A stretch of 64,000 bases of DNA from an uncultured Thermoleophilaceae bacterium (GCA_963812915.1 CAWEXB010000001.1:156244-220243), one strand, 5' to 3'. Shown: positions 48,139 to 58,144, numbered from the stretch's first letter. Translations and numbers: made by a program. The notes: generated from the sequence alone by a model not told the origin.

Positions 48139-49242
48139 ATGATCGACGCGTGCGACGGCTGCCTGCGTCGGGCGTTCCTCGTGGCGCACCTTGCCCCGCG
48201 GATAGCCGGCCTCCTCGACAACCCGGCACCGCGAATCGCAGGGCTGCTTGCCCTTCCGGACGACGCGTTCGTCGCGGCTGTTGCGGGTGACGGTCGCGAT
48301 CGTGCGTGGGCTTTCCTCGATTCGTTCGAGGTCGAGGCGGCGCGCGAAGCGCTCGACCGCTCCGGGGTCATCGCCCTCTGTCGCCACGCGGGCGATTATC
48401 CGGTGCTGGTCCAGCAGCTCGCGGACCCTCCGGCCGTGCTGTTCGGACTCGGCGCCGCCGAGGCGTTGCGATCGCTCCGACAGGAGCCCGCGGTTACCGT
48501 GGTAGGAAGCCGGCGGGCGAGCCCTTACGGAAGCGAAGTGGCGTACGCGCTCGGCCGCGGGCTTGGCGCGTCGGGGGTTCCCGTCGTGAGTGGCCTGGCG
48601 GTCGGGATCGACGGCACGGCACACCGCGGCTGCCTCGACGGATCGGGCCTGACGCTCGCCGTGCTTGCGTGTGGGCCGGACGTCGTGTATCCGCGCAGCC
48701 ACCGTCGGCTGTACGAGCGCATCCGGTCGGAGGGGCTCGTCGTGTCCGAGCTTCCACCCGGCACGCGGCCGTTCCGCTGGAGCTTTCCGGCCCGCAACCG
48801 GATCATGGCGGCGCTGGCTCGGATGACGGTCGTGGTGGAGGCCGCCGAGCCGAGCGGCAGCCTGATCACCGCCGACTTTGCCCGCGACCTCGGTCGAGCG
48901 GTGGCGGCGGTGCCGGGGCGCGTCACGTCGAGCGTCGCCCGAGGCACCAACGGCCTCCTGAGGGACGGCGCCGTCCCGGTGACGCGCACAGAGGACGTGC
49001 TCGACGAGCTCTTCGGCGTCGGCGTTCGTCGCCCGCCGCGAGTCGTCGAAGCCCGCCCCGAGCCGGCCGACCCGCGCCAGCGTGCAGTGCTGGAGGCGGC
49101 CGAGCGGTTCAGCTCGGTCGACGCGATCGCCCGCGAGATCAGCCTGAATGCATCCGATGTTCGCGCCGCTCTTGGCCGCCTGGAGGCCGAGGGCTGGCTT
49201 GTCCGCCGCGACCTTGGGGGGTGGGAAAGAGCAGCGACCTGA
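48139..49242 (+). CDS. dprA: DNA-processing protein DprA
   Basis: ATG 48139. VVGSRRASPYG, GLAVGIDGTAHRG, FPARNRIMAAL, VVVEAAEPSGSLITA, and a C-terminal winged-helix region. Confidence 0.88.
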   Translation: MIDACDGCLRRAFLVAHLAPRIAGLLDNPAPRIAGLLALPDDAFVAAVAGDGRDRAWAFLDSFEVEAAREALDRSGVIALCRHAGDYPVLVQQLADPPAVLFGLGAAEALRSLRQEPAVTVVGSRRASPYGSEVAYALGRGLGASGVPVVSGLAVGIDGTAHRGCLDGSGLTLAVLACGPDVVYPRSHRRLYERIRSEGLVVSELPPGTRPFRWSFPARNRIMAALARMTVVVEAAEPSGSLITADFARDLGRAVAAVPGRVTSSVARGTNGLLRDGAVPVTRTEDVLDELFGVGVRRPPRVVEARPEPADPRQRAVLEAAERFSSVDAIAREISLNASDVRAALGRLEAEGWLVRRDLGGWERAAT

Positions 49243-49406
49243 CTACAACTCCTACGGCGGTCCACCGAGGTAGGGCCCGATTGACCTACACCTAGGATTC
49301 GCGTCGTGTTGATCCGCCACCACGACTCCGCGCGTCTGAATCAGCCGTCGTCCCGCCTCGATCTCCGGGGCGCACCGTGCGATCGTCTGGCCGTGCGCGT
49401 TCGGTG

Positions 49407-50238
49407 ATGTCCGCGGGCCCAGGCCTCCGCGGCGGCCTGCCGCCGCGCGTCCTCGTCTATCGCGGGCTCGGACTCCGGCGGCGGGGCCGGCATTCAGGCC
49501 GACCTGAAGGCGTTCGCGCGGAGCGGCGTGCACGGCATGACTGCCATCACCGCCGTCACGGCGCAGAACACCAGGGCGGTCAACGCCGTCTATCCGCTCC
49601 CGCCCGAAGCCATCGTCGAGCAGGTGAGGGCCGTCGCCGAGGACATCGGGGTGGATGCGGTAAAGATCGGCATGCTCGGAAACGCCGAAACCATCGCCGC
49701 GGTGGAGCGGGCGCTCGACCTTGTGCCCGAGGCGCCCGTGGTGCTCGATCCGGTGATTGTCGCCGAGAGCGGCGCGCGCCTTCTCGACCAGGCCGCGGAG
49801 GAAGCCCTGCGGAGCGCTCTGGTGCCGCGAGTCACGGTTGTCACGCCGAACCTCTTTGAGGCCGCCGTCCTGGCCGGCGCCGCTCCGGAGGCCGAGCCGA
49901 ATGCCGGGCTCGAGCCGGAGCTCCTCGCGCGGGCGATCTACGCCCTCGGCCCGCGCGCCGTGGTCGTCACCGGTGGGCATCGGGAGGAGGCCACCGACCT
50001 CTTCTTCGACGGAGAGCGAGTGGTCGAGATCCCAGGGATGCGCTATCCGGACGGGGCGTCACACGGCTCGGGGTGCACCCACTCTTCCGCGCTCGCCGCC
50101 CAGCTCGCGCTGGGCGCTGACCCGCTCGAGGCCGCCCGGCGCGCTAAGCAGATCGCTTCCGAGGCCGTGCGCGACGGCCTCCGCGGACTGGGCTCCGGCG
50201 CCGGCCCGGTGGATGTGTTCGGCATCGCCCGGCGCTGA
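49407..50238 (+). pseudogene. thiD: Hydroxymethylpyrimidine/phosphomethylpyrimidine kinase, one frame break near 49459
   Basis: MSAGPGLRGGLPPRVLV (frame of ORF 49377..), then IAGSDSGGGAGIQADLKAFARSGVHGMTAITAVTAQNT (frame of ORF 49528..50238). There is an extra t in gtcTatcgcg. Confidence 0.8.
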
Positions 50239-50352
50239 GCCCAGGATCGGGCGCCCAGGGCGCGTGGCATAATCGAAGCTGCCGCAGCGCCGGAGGCCCT
50301 GCGGCCGACCATCGAGCCACTCGCGAGGAGAGAACCGATCAAGTTCCTGCGC

Positions 50353-50586
50353 ATGAAGCCCGGTCATGGTGAGGTGTTGCTCGCCGAGGGCGATCCGCGC
50401 GTTCGCGAGGAGGAAGAGCGGCTCGTCGAGGCCTTCAGGCGCCAGCTGGACGAGGGGATGTGGGCGGCGGTACCGACCACCAACCCCGGGAGCGGCCGAC
50501 GCGAGGCCCGGATGGTCAAGAGCTATGCGGACATCCCGCTGGACGCTGAGCGCGTGATCTTCTTCCCGCGCGCGTCCGGCGGCTGA
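50353..50586 (+). CDS. Hypothetical 77-aa protein
   Basis: The codon usage looks coding-like. I recognised no family. The nearest GAGGAG sits about 25 nt upstream, which is poor spacing, so the start is uncertain. Confidence 0.45.
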   Translation: MKPGHGEVLLAEGDPRVREEEERLVEAFRRQLDEGMWAAVPTTNPGSGRREARMVKSYADIPLDAERVIFFPRASGG

Positions 50587-50595
50587 GCGGGGCCG

Positions 50596-51204
50596 ATGTT
50601 GTTGGCGCTGCTGGTCCTCGCATTGATCGCGATCGTGCTCGCCACGCCGATCGTGGTCCGCGCGGCGGTTCGCTGGCGCAGGCGCCGCGTCGACCGGACC
50701 GCGGCCGCCGGTCCGCTCGACCTCGATCTCTACGACCCCGGGCGCGAGCGCCGCGCCGAGCAGCGCGCCCGCGAGCTGCTCCGCTCGTGCGTCGACGCCG
50801 AGGACTGGGCCATGTACCGTGACCTCGGCTTCATCCGGGTCGCGGGCAGGCATGCGCGCCGACAGGCCGACCGCGCCGGCGGGCCGGCCTACGCTTACCT
50901 CGTCTACCCGCACAAGCCGATCGTGGCCTACGTTCCCGAGAGCGGCCAGCTGTTGACCGAGTACTGCGTCGAGTTCCCGGATCTCGCCGGCGGCGAAGGG
51001 CGCGCCCGCCTGCCCGCCTCGGACGACGTGCTGGCGAAGTGGATGGCGCTGACGTCCGACGAGGACCGTGTGATTCGGCGAGCGAACATGCACCTGGTCG
51101 GGCGTCAGCTCGATCCAGCCCGGCTGCGCCGCGATCTGTGGCGGCTTGCCGAGTGGGAGCGGCGCCGCCACCGTCGGCGCGAGCTCCCGCAGCGCGGCCG
51201 GTGA
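50596..51204 (+). CDS. Hypothetical membrane-anchored protein (202 aa)
   Basis: One N-terminal TM helix ([21 protein letters not shown]), then a soluble domain (..[47 protein letters not shown]..). The stop overlaps the ilvD GTG (GTGA). Confidence 0.55.
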   Translation: MLLALLVLALIAIVLATPIVVRAAVRWRRRRVDRTAAAGPLDLDLYDPGRERRAEQRARELLRSCVDAEDWAMYRDLGFIRVAGRHARRQADRAGGPAYAYLVYPHKPIVAYVPESGQLLTEYCVEFPDLAGGEGRARLPASDDVLAKWMALTSDEDRVIRRANMHLVGRQLDPARLRRDLWRLAEWERRRHRRRELPQRGR

Positions 51205-52874
51205 GCCGCGACCTCCGGAGCCGGAGCCGGGTCATCCTCGACGGCCCGGACCGGGCGCAGGCCCGCGCCTACCTGAAGGGCGTCGGATACGACGACGACG
51301 CGCTCCGACGCCCGATCGTCGGGGTCGCGAACACGTGGACGGAGACGATGCCGTGCAACTTCCACCTGCGCCGGCTCGCGGACAGGGTGAAGGAGGGGGT
51401 CCGGGCCGCCGGCGGCACGCCGATGGAGTTCAACACGGTGGCGATTTCCGACGGCATCACGATGGGCACGGAGGGGATGAAGACCTCGCTGATCAGCCGC
51501 GAGGTGATCGCAGACTCGATCGAGCTCGTCGCGCGCGGGCACATGTTCGACGCGGTCGTCGCCCTCTCCGGGTGCGACAAGACAATCCCGGGCTGCGTTA
51601 TGGCGCTCGCTCGCCTCGACGTGCCGAGCCTGATGCTGTACGGGGGCTCGATCGCCCCCGGGCGCTGGCGGGGCCGCGACGTGACGATCCAGGACGTGTT
51701 CGAGGGGATCGGCGCCCACGCGGCAGGCGATCTCTCCGACGCGGAGCTGGCCGATCTCGAGGCTCACGCCTCCCCGGGGGCGGGCGCATGCGGCGGCCAG
51801 TTCACCGCAAACACGATGGCGATGGCGTTCGAGGTGCTCGGCATATCGCCGACGGGCAGCTCCATGGTCCCGGCCGAGGACGGAAAGAAGGGGCAGGTGG
51901 CCGAGGACTGCGGGCGCCTCGTGCTCGACGTCCTCGAGCGCGACCTGAAGCCAAGCCGCATCATCACAAGGGAGTCGCTCGAGAACGCGATCGCGGCGGG
52001 CGCGATGTCGGGCGGCTCGACCAATCTGGTGCTTCACCTGCTCGCCGTCGCGCACGACGCCGGCGTACCGCTCGAGCTCGAGGACTTCGACCGCATCGCC
52101 TGGCAGACGCCGCTCCTCTGCGACCTGAAGCCGGGCGGCCGTTACGTCGCCACGGACCTCTACCGCGCCGGTGGCGTGCCGCTCGTGGTCCGACGGCTGA
52201 AGGAGGCCGGCCTGCTGCACGGCGAGGCGGCCACGGTCACGGGCCAGACGGTCGGTGACGTGGCGGACGCGGCGGACGAGGCGGATGGCCAGGACGTCGT
52301 CCGGCCTGTCTCCGACCCGATCAAGCCGAACGGAGGGTTCGCGATCCTGCGCGGCAACCTGGCGCCGGACGGCTGTGTCGTGAAGCTGTCTGGGCACGAT
52401 CGCGTGGAGCACCGGGGCCCGGCGCGCGTTTTCGAGCACGAGGAGCAGGCCTTCAAGGCGGTGATGGCGAAGTCGATCCAACCAGGCGAGGTCGTCGTCA
52501 TCCGCAACGAGGGACCCGCGGGCGGTCCCGGCATGCGCGAGATGCTGCATGTGACCGCGGCGCTTGTGGGCGAGGGTCTCGGCGACTCGGTTGCCCTGCT
52601 CACCGACGGCCGCTTCTCCGGCGCGACCCACGGCTTCATGGCCGGCCACGTCGCGCCCGAGGCCCCGCGCGGCGGGCCGATCGCGGCCGTCCGCGACGGC
52701 GACACGATCGTCTTCGACGTGGCGGCGCGCGAGCTGAACGTGGAGCTGCCGGAGGGGGAGCTGGCCCGGCGCCTCGCCGACTATCGGCCACCCGCCCCGA
52801 AGTACGCGAGCGGAGTGCTCGGCAAGTACGCGAAACACGTGGGATCGGCGGCGGAGGGGGCCATCACCGGCTAG
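51201..52874 (+). CDS. ilvD: Dihydroxy-acid dehydratase
   Basis: 557 aa, intact: [44 protein letters not shown] and TDGRFSG. Confidence 0.93.
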   Translation: MSRDLRSRSRVILDGPDRAQARAYLKGVGYDDDALRRPIVGVANTWTETMPCNFHLRRLADRVKEGVRAAGGTPMEFNTVAISDGITMGTEGMKTSLISREVIADSIELVARGHMFDAVVALSGCDKTIPGCVMALARLDVPSLMLYGGSIAPGRWRGRDVTIQDVFEGIGAHAAGDLSDAELADLEAHASPGAGACGGQFTANTMAMAFEVLGISPTGSSMVPAEDGKKGQVAEDCGRLVLDVLERDLKPSRIITRESLENAIAAGAMSGGSTNLVLHLLAVAHDAGVPLELEDFDRIAWQTPLLCDLKPGGRYVATDLYRAGGVPLVVRRLKEAGLLHGEAATVTGQTVGDVADAADEADGQDVVRPVSDPIKPNGGFAILRGNLAPDGCVVKLSGHDRVEHRGPARVFEHEEQAFKAVMAKSIQPGEVVVIRNEGPAGGPGMREMLHVTAALVGEGLGDSVALLTDGRFSGATHGFMAGHVAPEAPRGGPIAAVRDGDTIVFDVAARELNVELPEGELARRLADYRPPAPKYASGVLGKYAKHVGSAAEGAITG

Positions 52875-52999
52875 CGCAGGCAGCGGCCGTATTCTCATCA
52901 CCGGTCCGACGGCGAGTCCCGAATGCCCGTCGGACGGCCCGTCCCCCTGCCCACCCGGCGACGGAGATCGCCGCCAGACCGGCTCTAGGCTTCCCAGCG

Positions 53000-53899
53000 G
53001 TGGCGGCCCCGGGCGACCTCGGCATCGACGGCTTCGAGTACGCGACTCGCACGGTGGGGGCCACGAGGTATCGCCCTGGAGTTGCCGGCGCGGGTCCGGC
53101 CGTCCTGCTCTTGCACGGCTTTCCGGAGACCCACTACTGCTGGCACCGCGTCGCTCCGGTGCTCGCTGGGCGGAACACCGTCGTGGTGTGCGACCTCAAG
53201 GGCTACGGCGAGAGTCGCTCCGCGTCCGGCGGCCCTCTGGGCGAGGGCTACAGCAAGCGCGAGATGGCCGCCGAGCTCGTCGAGCTTATGGCGCAGCTCG
53301 GGTTCGAGCGCTTCTCGGTCGTCGGACACGACCGAGGCGGTCGTGTCGCGTACCGGATGGCGCTCGACCATCCCCAGTGCGTCGAGCGTCTCGGCGTCCT
53401 CAACATCGTCCCGACCGTGGATCAGTTCGAGCGGATGGCGGGAGAGGCCTCGCTCGACTACTACCCGTGGTCCTTCCTGGCGCAGCCGCCACCTTTCGCT
53501 GAACGCCTGGTGGGGGCCAGCGCCGAGTACTTCCTGCGCCACACGCTGAGCTCGTTCGCAGGCGCGCCCGACGCCATCTCGTCCGCGGCCGCCGAGCGCT
53601 ACCTGCGAGCCTTCACCCCGGAGGTCATCTCGAGCATATGCGCCGACTACCGAGCGGCCTTCCACATCGACCGGCCGATGGACGCCGAGGACCGGAGGCG
53701 GGGGCGCAAGGTCCGCTGTCCGGTCCTCGTGCACTGGGGGGCGGATGAGGGCTCCTTGTCGGACGGTCCGCTGCGCGTCTGGCGACGCTGGGCCGAGGCC
53801 GTCGAGGGGCGCCCATTGCCGTCCGGCCACTTCGTCCCGGAGGAGGCGCCAGAGGAGCTGGTCGCTTCGCTGCAGAGCTTCCTGGGCGGGGACGGCTGA
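53000..53899 (+). CDS. Alpha/beta hydrolase, haloacetate-dehalogenase/epoxide-hydrolase-like (Asp nucleophile)
   Basis: LLLHGFPETHYCWHRV and the VVGHDRGGRVAYRMA nucleophile elbow. The start (GTG 53000) is uncertain. Confidence 0.8.
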   Translation: MAAPGDLGIDGFEYATRTVGATRYRPGVAGAGPAVLLLHGFPETHYCWHRVAPVLAGRNTVVVCDLKGYGESRSASGGPLGEGYSKREMAAELVELMAQLGFERFSVVGHDRGGRVAYRMALDHPQCVERLGVLNIVPTVDQFERMAGEASLDYYPWSFLAQPPPFAERLVGASAEYFLRHTLSSFAGAPDAISSAAAERYLRAFTPEVISSICADYRAAFHIDRPMDAEDRRRGRKVRCPVLVHWGADEGSLSDGPLRVWRRWAEAVEGRPLPSGHFVPEEAPEELVASLQSFLGGDG

Positions 53900-53957
53900 G
53901 CCCAGAGACGGCGTGGCCGCCCGCCGTCCGTGAGCCCGGCGACATCCTGCAAAGGGG

Positions 53958-55364
53958 CTACAAGGCCCCGCGACGGGGCCGCAGCCGCTCGAAGAGCGAG
54001 CCCGCGACCGACCGGTCGAGGTGGCGCACGCGGCCGGTGCGACCGGAGCCGACCGCCAACTCGAACGAGGCCAGCCGCGCGCGGCGCTGGAAGGGCGAGA
54101 CGCTCAGCCCGTGCTCCTGCAGGCGGTCGATCCGGGCGAGCAGGGTGCGGCGGGCGAGCAGCCGCCGACGGATCACGATGCGTCCCCCGTCGAGGCGCCA
54201 GCCGGCCGCGCGCCAGCGGAGCAGGCCGTCGAGGCCGCCGAGCAGCGCCAGCGCAGGGATGACCGGCCACGCCCACGGCAGGAGCAGAGTGACCGCCCCG
54301 CCCGGCACGGCCGCGGCCAGCGCCGCAGGCAGCGCGTACCTGCGCCGCGCCCGCCGCGGCGGACGCTCCAGCGGACCCGGGTCGGCGGCCACCCCGGGGA
54401 CGAACTCCTCGAGCAGCGCCTGTGCGTCGGAGGTCCGCAGCAGCGGAACGAGCGTCTGGGCCGCCGCCCCCTCGGATCGGTAGCCCGCGGTCTCGACGCG
54501 CAGCGAGGCGAGCCCGAACGGCCGGCGCAGGAGGCTCTCGACGATGTCGACCGCGTGTACTCGCGCCAGCGGGATACTCGCGGCGCGTCGCTGAAGGAGC
54601 CCGCGACGAATGCGCAGTCGCTCGCCGTCTCGCACCAGGACGAACCCGCTGAAGGCCACGATCGCACCCAGGAACGAGAGCAGGAAGGCGGCGGCCGTCA
54701 GGCCGGCGACGATCAGCGCGATCCCGCCGGCGTCGCCGGGAAGGCGGTCGATCAGGCGCTCCCCGCTCTCGCCGCGAAGCAGATCGTCTCCCGCGGCGGC
54801 CAGGCCGCCCACCACCGGCAGGATCACCCCGATCTGCGGCGCCGTGATGGCCGTGACCAGCAGCCCCCCGAGACCGAGACGCCACTCGGGCAGCTCCAAG
54901 GCGACTGGATCGGGAAGCCCGGCCACGCTCCGCAGCTCGCGCGCCGCGACGTCCGAGACCGCCCGCAGCACGATCTCTCCGCCCGAGCCACCGCCCGCTG
55001 TCTGGACGTGCAGCTCGTGGACGCCGAACAGGCGCTGGATCGGTCCCTGGGCCGCGTCGATCGCCTGGATTCGCGCGATCGGGATCGTGGTCTCGTCGGG
55101 GGAGAGGACGCCGCGGCGGAAGTGCAGCGCCTCGCCCGAAACGCGGTACGTGGTGTTCGCCCAGCGCACGTAACCGGCGGCCAGGGCCACCCCCACGCCG
55201 CCGAGGCCGATCGCAAGCGCCAGGGACGAGGACATGCCCCCCGACCCGCCGCCCACCAGCAGACCGACGACCGCGGCGAGGGCGATCTCGCGCAGGTTGT
55301 CGAGCGCCGCGAGCACGATCTCCGCGGCGTGGAGGCGACGCGGAGAGGAGAGGTCAGAGCTCAT
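53958..55364 (-). CDS. YdbT-like membrane protein with three bacterial PH (bPH_2/DUF304) repeats
   Basis: 468 aa with three repeats of the pattern TM pair + L.(F/I)RRG(V/L)L....T.IP..R(I/V)(Q/H)A(I/V)D..Q....R.FG(V/L)..L.V.TAG. Confidence 0.8.
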   Translation of the reverse strand: MSSDLSSPRRLHAAEIVLAALDNLREIALAAVVGLLVGGGSGGMSSSLALAIGLGGVGVALAAGYVRWANTTYRVSGEALHFRRGVLSPDETTIPIARIQAIDAAQGPIQRLFGVHELHVQTAGGGSGGEIVLRAVSDVAARELRSVAGLPDPVALELPEWRLGLGGLLVTAITAPQIGVILPVVGGLAAAGDDLLRGESGERLIDRLPGDAGGIALIVAGLTAAAFLLSFLGAIVAFSGFVLVRDGERLRIRRGLLQRRAASIPLARVHAVDIVESLLRRPFGLASLRVETAGYRSEGAAAQTLVPLLRTSDAQALLEEFVPGVAADPGPLERPPRRARRRYALPAALAAAVPGGAVTLLLPWAWPVIPALALLGGLDGLLRWRAAGWRLDGGRIVIRRRLLARRTLLARIDRLQEHGLSVSPFQRRARLASFELAVGSGRTGRVRHLDRSVAGSLFERLRPRRGAL

Positions 55365-55836
55365 CCGGTCGGCGGGCGAGCAGTGCGATGCGGTCTCGGA
55401 TCGCTGTGGCCTCGCCCGGCCGCAACGCGGGGATGTCGTTCGAGCCGGCCGCAGTATGGACGGCGACCGATCGGAGGTCGAAGAGATCCCCGATCACCGT
55501 GCGCCGGGTGTCCACGTGCTGGACGCGGGTCATCGGGATCAGCGTCCGCGTGACCACGACGGCGCCGCGCAGCAGGTCGAGCTCCTCGTCGCGCACCTCG
55601 TACCGCCAGGTGCGCCAGCGGAGCAACGGGAAGACCACGCCGCCGACCACGAGCACCGCGAGGGCCGCGGCACGGAGGCCCCAAGCCAGCGCGTCGGGCA
55701 GATCCGACGACAGGGCGCCCGCGGCGATCAAGCCGGCGATCGCGGCCGGCACGGCCCACCCCAGCGAGCCGAGGACGAAGTAGCCGCGCGCCTCGCGCGG
55801 CAGGCGCTGAGTCGGCTCGGGGGTTGCGGCCGGCAC
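55354..55836 (-). CDS. YdbS-like membrane protein with a single bacterial PH domain
   Basis: 160 aa with two TM helices, then YEVRDEELDLLRGAVVVTRTLIPMTRVQHVDTRRTVIGDLFDLRSVAVHTAAG. It overlaps the downstream ydbT-like gene by 11 nt. Confidence 0.8.
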   Translation of the reverse strand: MPAATPEPTQRLPREARGYFVLGSLGWAVPAAIAGLIAAGALSSDLPDALAWGLRAAALAVLVVGGVVFPLLRWRTWRYEVRDEELDLLRGAVVVTRTLIPMTRVQHVDTRRTVIGDLFDLRSVAVHTAAGSNDIPALRPGEATAIRDRIALLARRPDEL

Positions 55837-55851
55837 CGAAGGGGAAGCGGC

Positions 55852-56844
55852 TCAGGCCACCTGCGACTCGCCCGCGACCGCCTCCTTCTCCTCCGCGCGG
55901 CCGGTCTCGGCGAGGAAATCCATCACCAGGTCGTTGAAGGCCTGCGGACGCTCCGCCATCGGGATGTGACCGGTGTCCCTCATCACGACCTTTCGGCTGT
56001 CGGGGATGAGGCGCTCGAACTCGTCCGCGTCCCGGACGGGAATGATCGCGTCATTCTCGCCCCACACGATGAGGGTCGGCACGCGAACCTCCGGTAGGCG
56101 CTCGCGGAAGTCGTAGTCGAGGCTCGCCCGCAGGGCGTCGTCGAAGCCGGGCTTTCCCATGCCCTTGAAGAAGCCCTCGTATGCGAGATCGGGCTTCAGC
56201 AGACGCGGGTGGCGGGCCACCATCGCGAGCGAGAGGTGCCGCGACAGCGGGCGCGCTGCGAGCTGGCGGTGGCGTGGCGCGCTGTAGGTGGCGACCGCCA
56301 CGGCGACCCGTCCAGCCGTCAGGATCGGCGCTCGGACCGTCGCAGCGCTCGAGATGCCGGCGGCCGAGACGAGCACCAACCGGGACACCCGAGCCGGGAA
56401 CTGGATCGCCACCTCGGCCGCGACGTAACCACCCATGGAGTTGCCCACAACCGCCGCCGAGCCGAGGTCGAGCCGCTCGCAGAAGGCGTCCACGAAGCGC
56501 CCGTAGCCGGGGATCGTGATGCGATCGCGTGGCTCGGGGGTGAGCCCGAAGCCGGGGAGGTCGAGGGCCAGGACGCGCCGCTCGTGCGCGACGCGCGGGA
56601 GGTTCTCGAGCCAGTTCTGCCATTGGCCGCCAAGACCGTGGACGAACACGACGGGCTCGCGCGCGCCCGAGCCGAGGTCGACGTAGTTGACCGGCGTCCC
56701 GTCGATCTCGACGGTCCTCAGCTTGGTTCGCCAGTCGATCGAGCGCCAGCCCGGGTCCTCCGTGGCGCCGTAGCCGTAGTCGGCGTACCGGTGGCTCCAG
56801 GGCGATGCGGGCCGCGCGGCCGGGGGGAGAACCCTGCGTTGCAT
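55852..56844 (-). CDS. Alpha/beta hydrolase (Ser nucleophile)
   Basis: 330 aa: VVFVHGLGG, the VVGNSMGGYVA (GxSxG) elbow, and the C-terminal DTGHIPMAERP. Confidence 0.8.
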   Translation of the reverse strand: MQRRVLPPAARPASPWSHRYADYGYGATEDPGWRSIDWRTKLRTVEIDGTPVNYVDLGSGAREPVVFVHGLGGQWQNWLENLPRVAHERRVLALDLPGFGLTPEPRDRITIPGYGRFVDAFCERLDLGSAAVVGNSMGGYVAAEVAIQFPARVSRLVLVSAAGISSAATVRAPILTAGRVAVAVATYSAPRHRQLAARPLSRHLSLAMVARHPRLLKPDLAYEGFFKGMGKPGFDDALRASLDYDFRERLPEVRVPTLIVWGENDAIIPVRDADEFERLIPDSRKVVMRDTGHIPMAERPQAFNDLVMDFLAETGRAEEKEAVAGESQVA

Positions 56845-57427
56845 GCGCTTACTGTACGAGGACGTGGCTCACGTCGCCCTCGATATCGACTCGACGCTTC
56901 ACCACTACTGGGACCTCCTGCAACGAGTCGTCCAGGAGCGCTACGGCATCGAGCTGCCGTATGAGGAGCAGCGCGAGTGGGGCATCACGGCCATCGAACG
57001 CGACGCCCTCGTCCACTGCGTCGAGGAGACTCATTCGGATGCGAACATCGCCGCCGGCGTGCCCTACCCGGGGGCGGTCGAGACGGTTCGGGCGTGGCAC
57101 GGCCGCGGACACTGGATCCACGTGACGAGTCACCGTCGGAGCGCCAGCGCGGCCGCGACGGCCGCCTGGCTTCGGTCGATTGGGATGCCCTTCGACGATC
57201 TCCATTGCTCGTTCGACAAGGTGAGCCGCTGCGTCGAGTTGGGCATCCACGTGCTGGTCGACGACAGCCCGGTCAACATACGTCGCGCCCGCGACGCGGG
57301 GATCGTGCCGGCGACGATCCTGCACCCGTGGAACGAGGAGCTGGTGGAGCGGGACGGTGTGATCGGCGCAAGCGACTGGGACGGGTTGCGCGCGAAGCTC
57401 GACCCGGTGCTCGAGCGGATCGGCTGA
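56843..57427 (+). CDS. HAD-superfamily hydrolase, 5'(3')-deoxyribonucleotidase-like
   Basis: DIDSTL (DxDxT) motif near the N-terminus and a late VDDSPVN motif. The start is ATG 56843 or GTG 56864. Confidence 0.7.
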   Translation: MRLLYEDVAHVALDIDSTLHHYWDLLQRVVQERYGIELPYEEQREWGITAIERDALVHCVEETHSDANIAAGVPYPGAVETVRAWHGRGHWIHVTSHRRSASAAATAAWLRSIGMPFDDLHCSFDKVSRCVELGIHVLVDDSPVNIRRARDAGIVPATILHPWNEELVERDGVIGASDWDGLRAKLDPVLERIG

Positions 57428-58144
57428 TCAGCCCGCGTAGCCGAAGCGCTCCAGCACCGGGATCTCGTGGATCTGCGGCGGCTGAAGATGATCCCAGAGG
57501 ATCCCCGGGGGGCGCCCGTACGCGCCGTCCACCTCGATCACCGCACGGGGGGTGGCCACGAGGTTCACCGGGATGTCGTGGCGTGTCATGAGCAGGTTCT
57601 CGCGCAGGATCTGAATGGGGTGGACGGTGGTGGCGATCACCGTGCGGCGGTCGATCTTCCCGCTCTCGCGCAGCAGCCCGTACTCGAGGTCCGAGAAGCC
57701 GCCGCCCTTGCCCACGCGCGCTCCCTTCAGGTTCACCGCCACCGAGCCGGTGAGCACGAGGTCGAGCTCTGGAACTTCGTCGAGATCGATCACCTTGCCG
57801 TACCGGAGCGCACCCTTGATGGTCGCCGCCTCGCGGCGCTGCTCGTCGGAGAGCTTGCGCGGGTCGAGCAGCCGGAAGGGATGCTGGTCGCGCAGCCGCG
57901 GCACCGCCATCACGAGCAGCTTGCCCTGGACGAGGGCGACGCGGCGGGCGTGGGTCTGCGGCGAGTCGGGGTTTGCCTTGAGGGTCTCCGCGTTGGTCCA
58001 GGCGGGGTGCCTCGCAAGCCGCTCCGCCGCCCCCTTCGCACCGGCGAAGTTCGGGATCCTGCCCTCGGCGCCCGGGAAACGCGCCACGCCCTCGCGCTCC
58101 ATGGCACGCCATACGTCCTCCCGGACCTCGTCCTTGGAGCGCAT
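57428..58144 (-). CDS. 5-formyltetrahydrofolate cyclo-ligase family protein
   Basis: 238 aa: ..ANPDSPQ..R...L..GK.L.MAVPRL..., GSVAVNLKGARVGKGGGFSDLEYGLL. Its stop abuts the convergent HAD stop (TGATCA). Confidence 0.7.
   Translation of the reverse strand: MRSKDEVREDVWRAMEREGVARFPGAEGRIPNFAGAKGAAERLARHPAWTNAETLKANPDSPQTHARRVALVQGKLLVMAVPRLRDQHPFRLLDPRKLSDEQRREAATIKGALRYGKVIDLDEVPELDLVLTGSVAVNLKGARVGKGGGFSDLEYGLLRESGKIDRRTVIATTVHPIQILRENLLMTRHDIPVNLVATPRAVIEVDGAYGRPPGILWDHLQPPQIHEIPVLERFGYAG

Noticed and set aside
48139-48260. A duplicated APRIAGLL peptide in the DprA N-terminus as a possible nucleotide repeat or insertion.
   Set aside because: The similarity is at the amino-acid level only, because the codons differ. 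It is short and lies in frame within an intact gene.
49243-49406. A possible TPP (THI-box) riboswitch upstream of thiD.
   Set aside because: There is no CUGAGA or ACCUGAUCUGGAUAAUGCCAGCG-like core on either strand, only an unrelated small hairpin (gtcgtg...cacgac). An Infernal scan would settle it.
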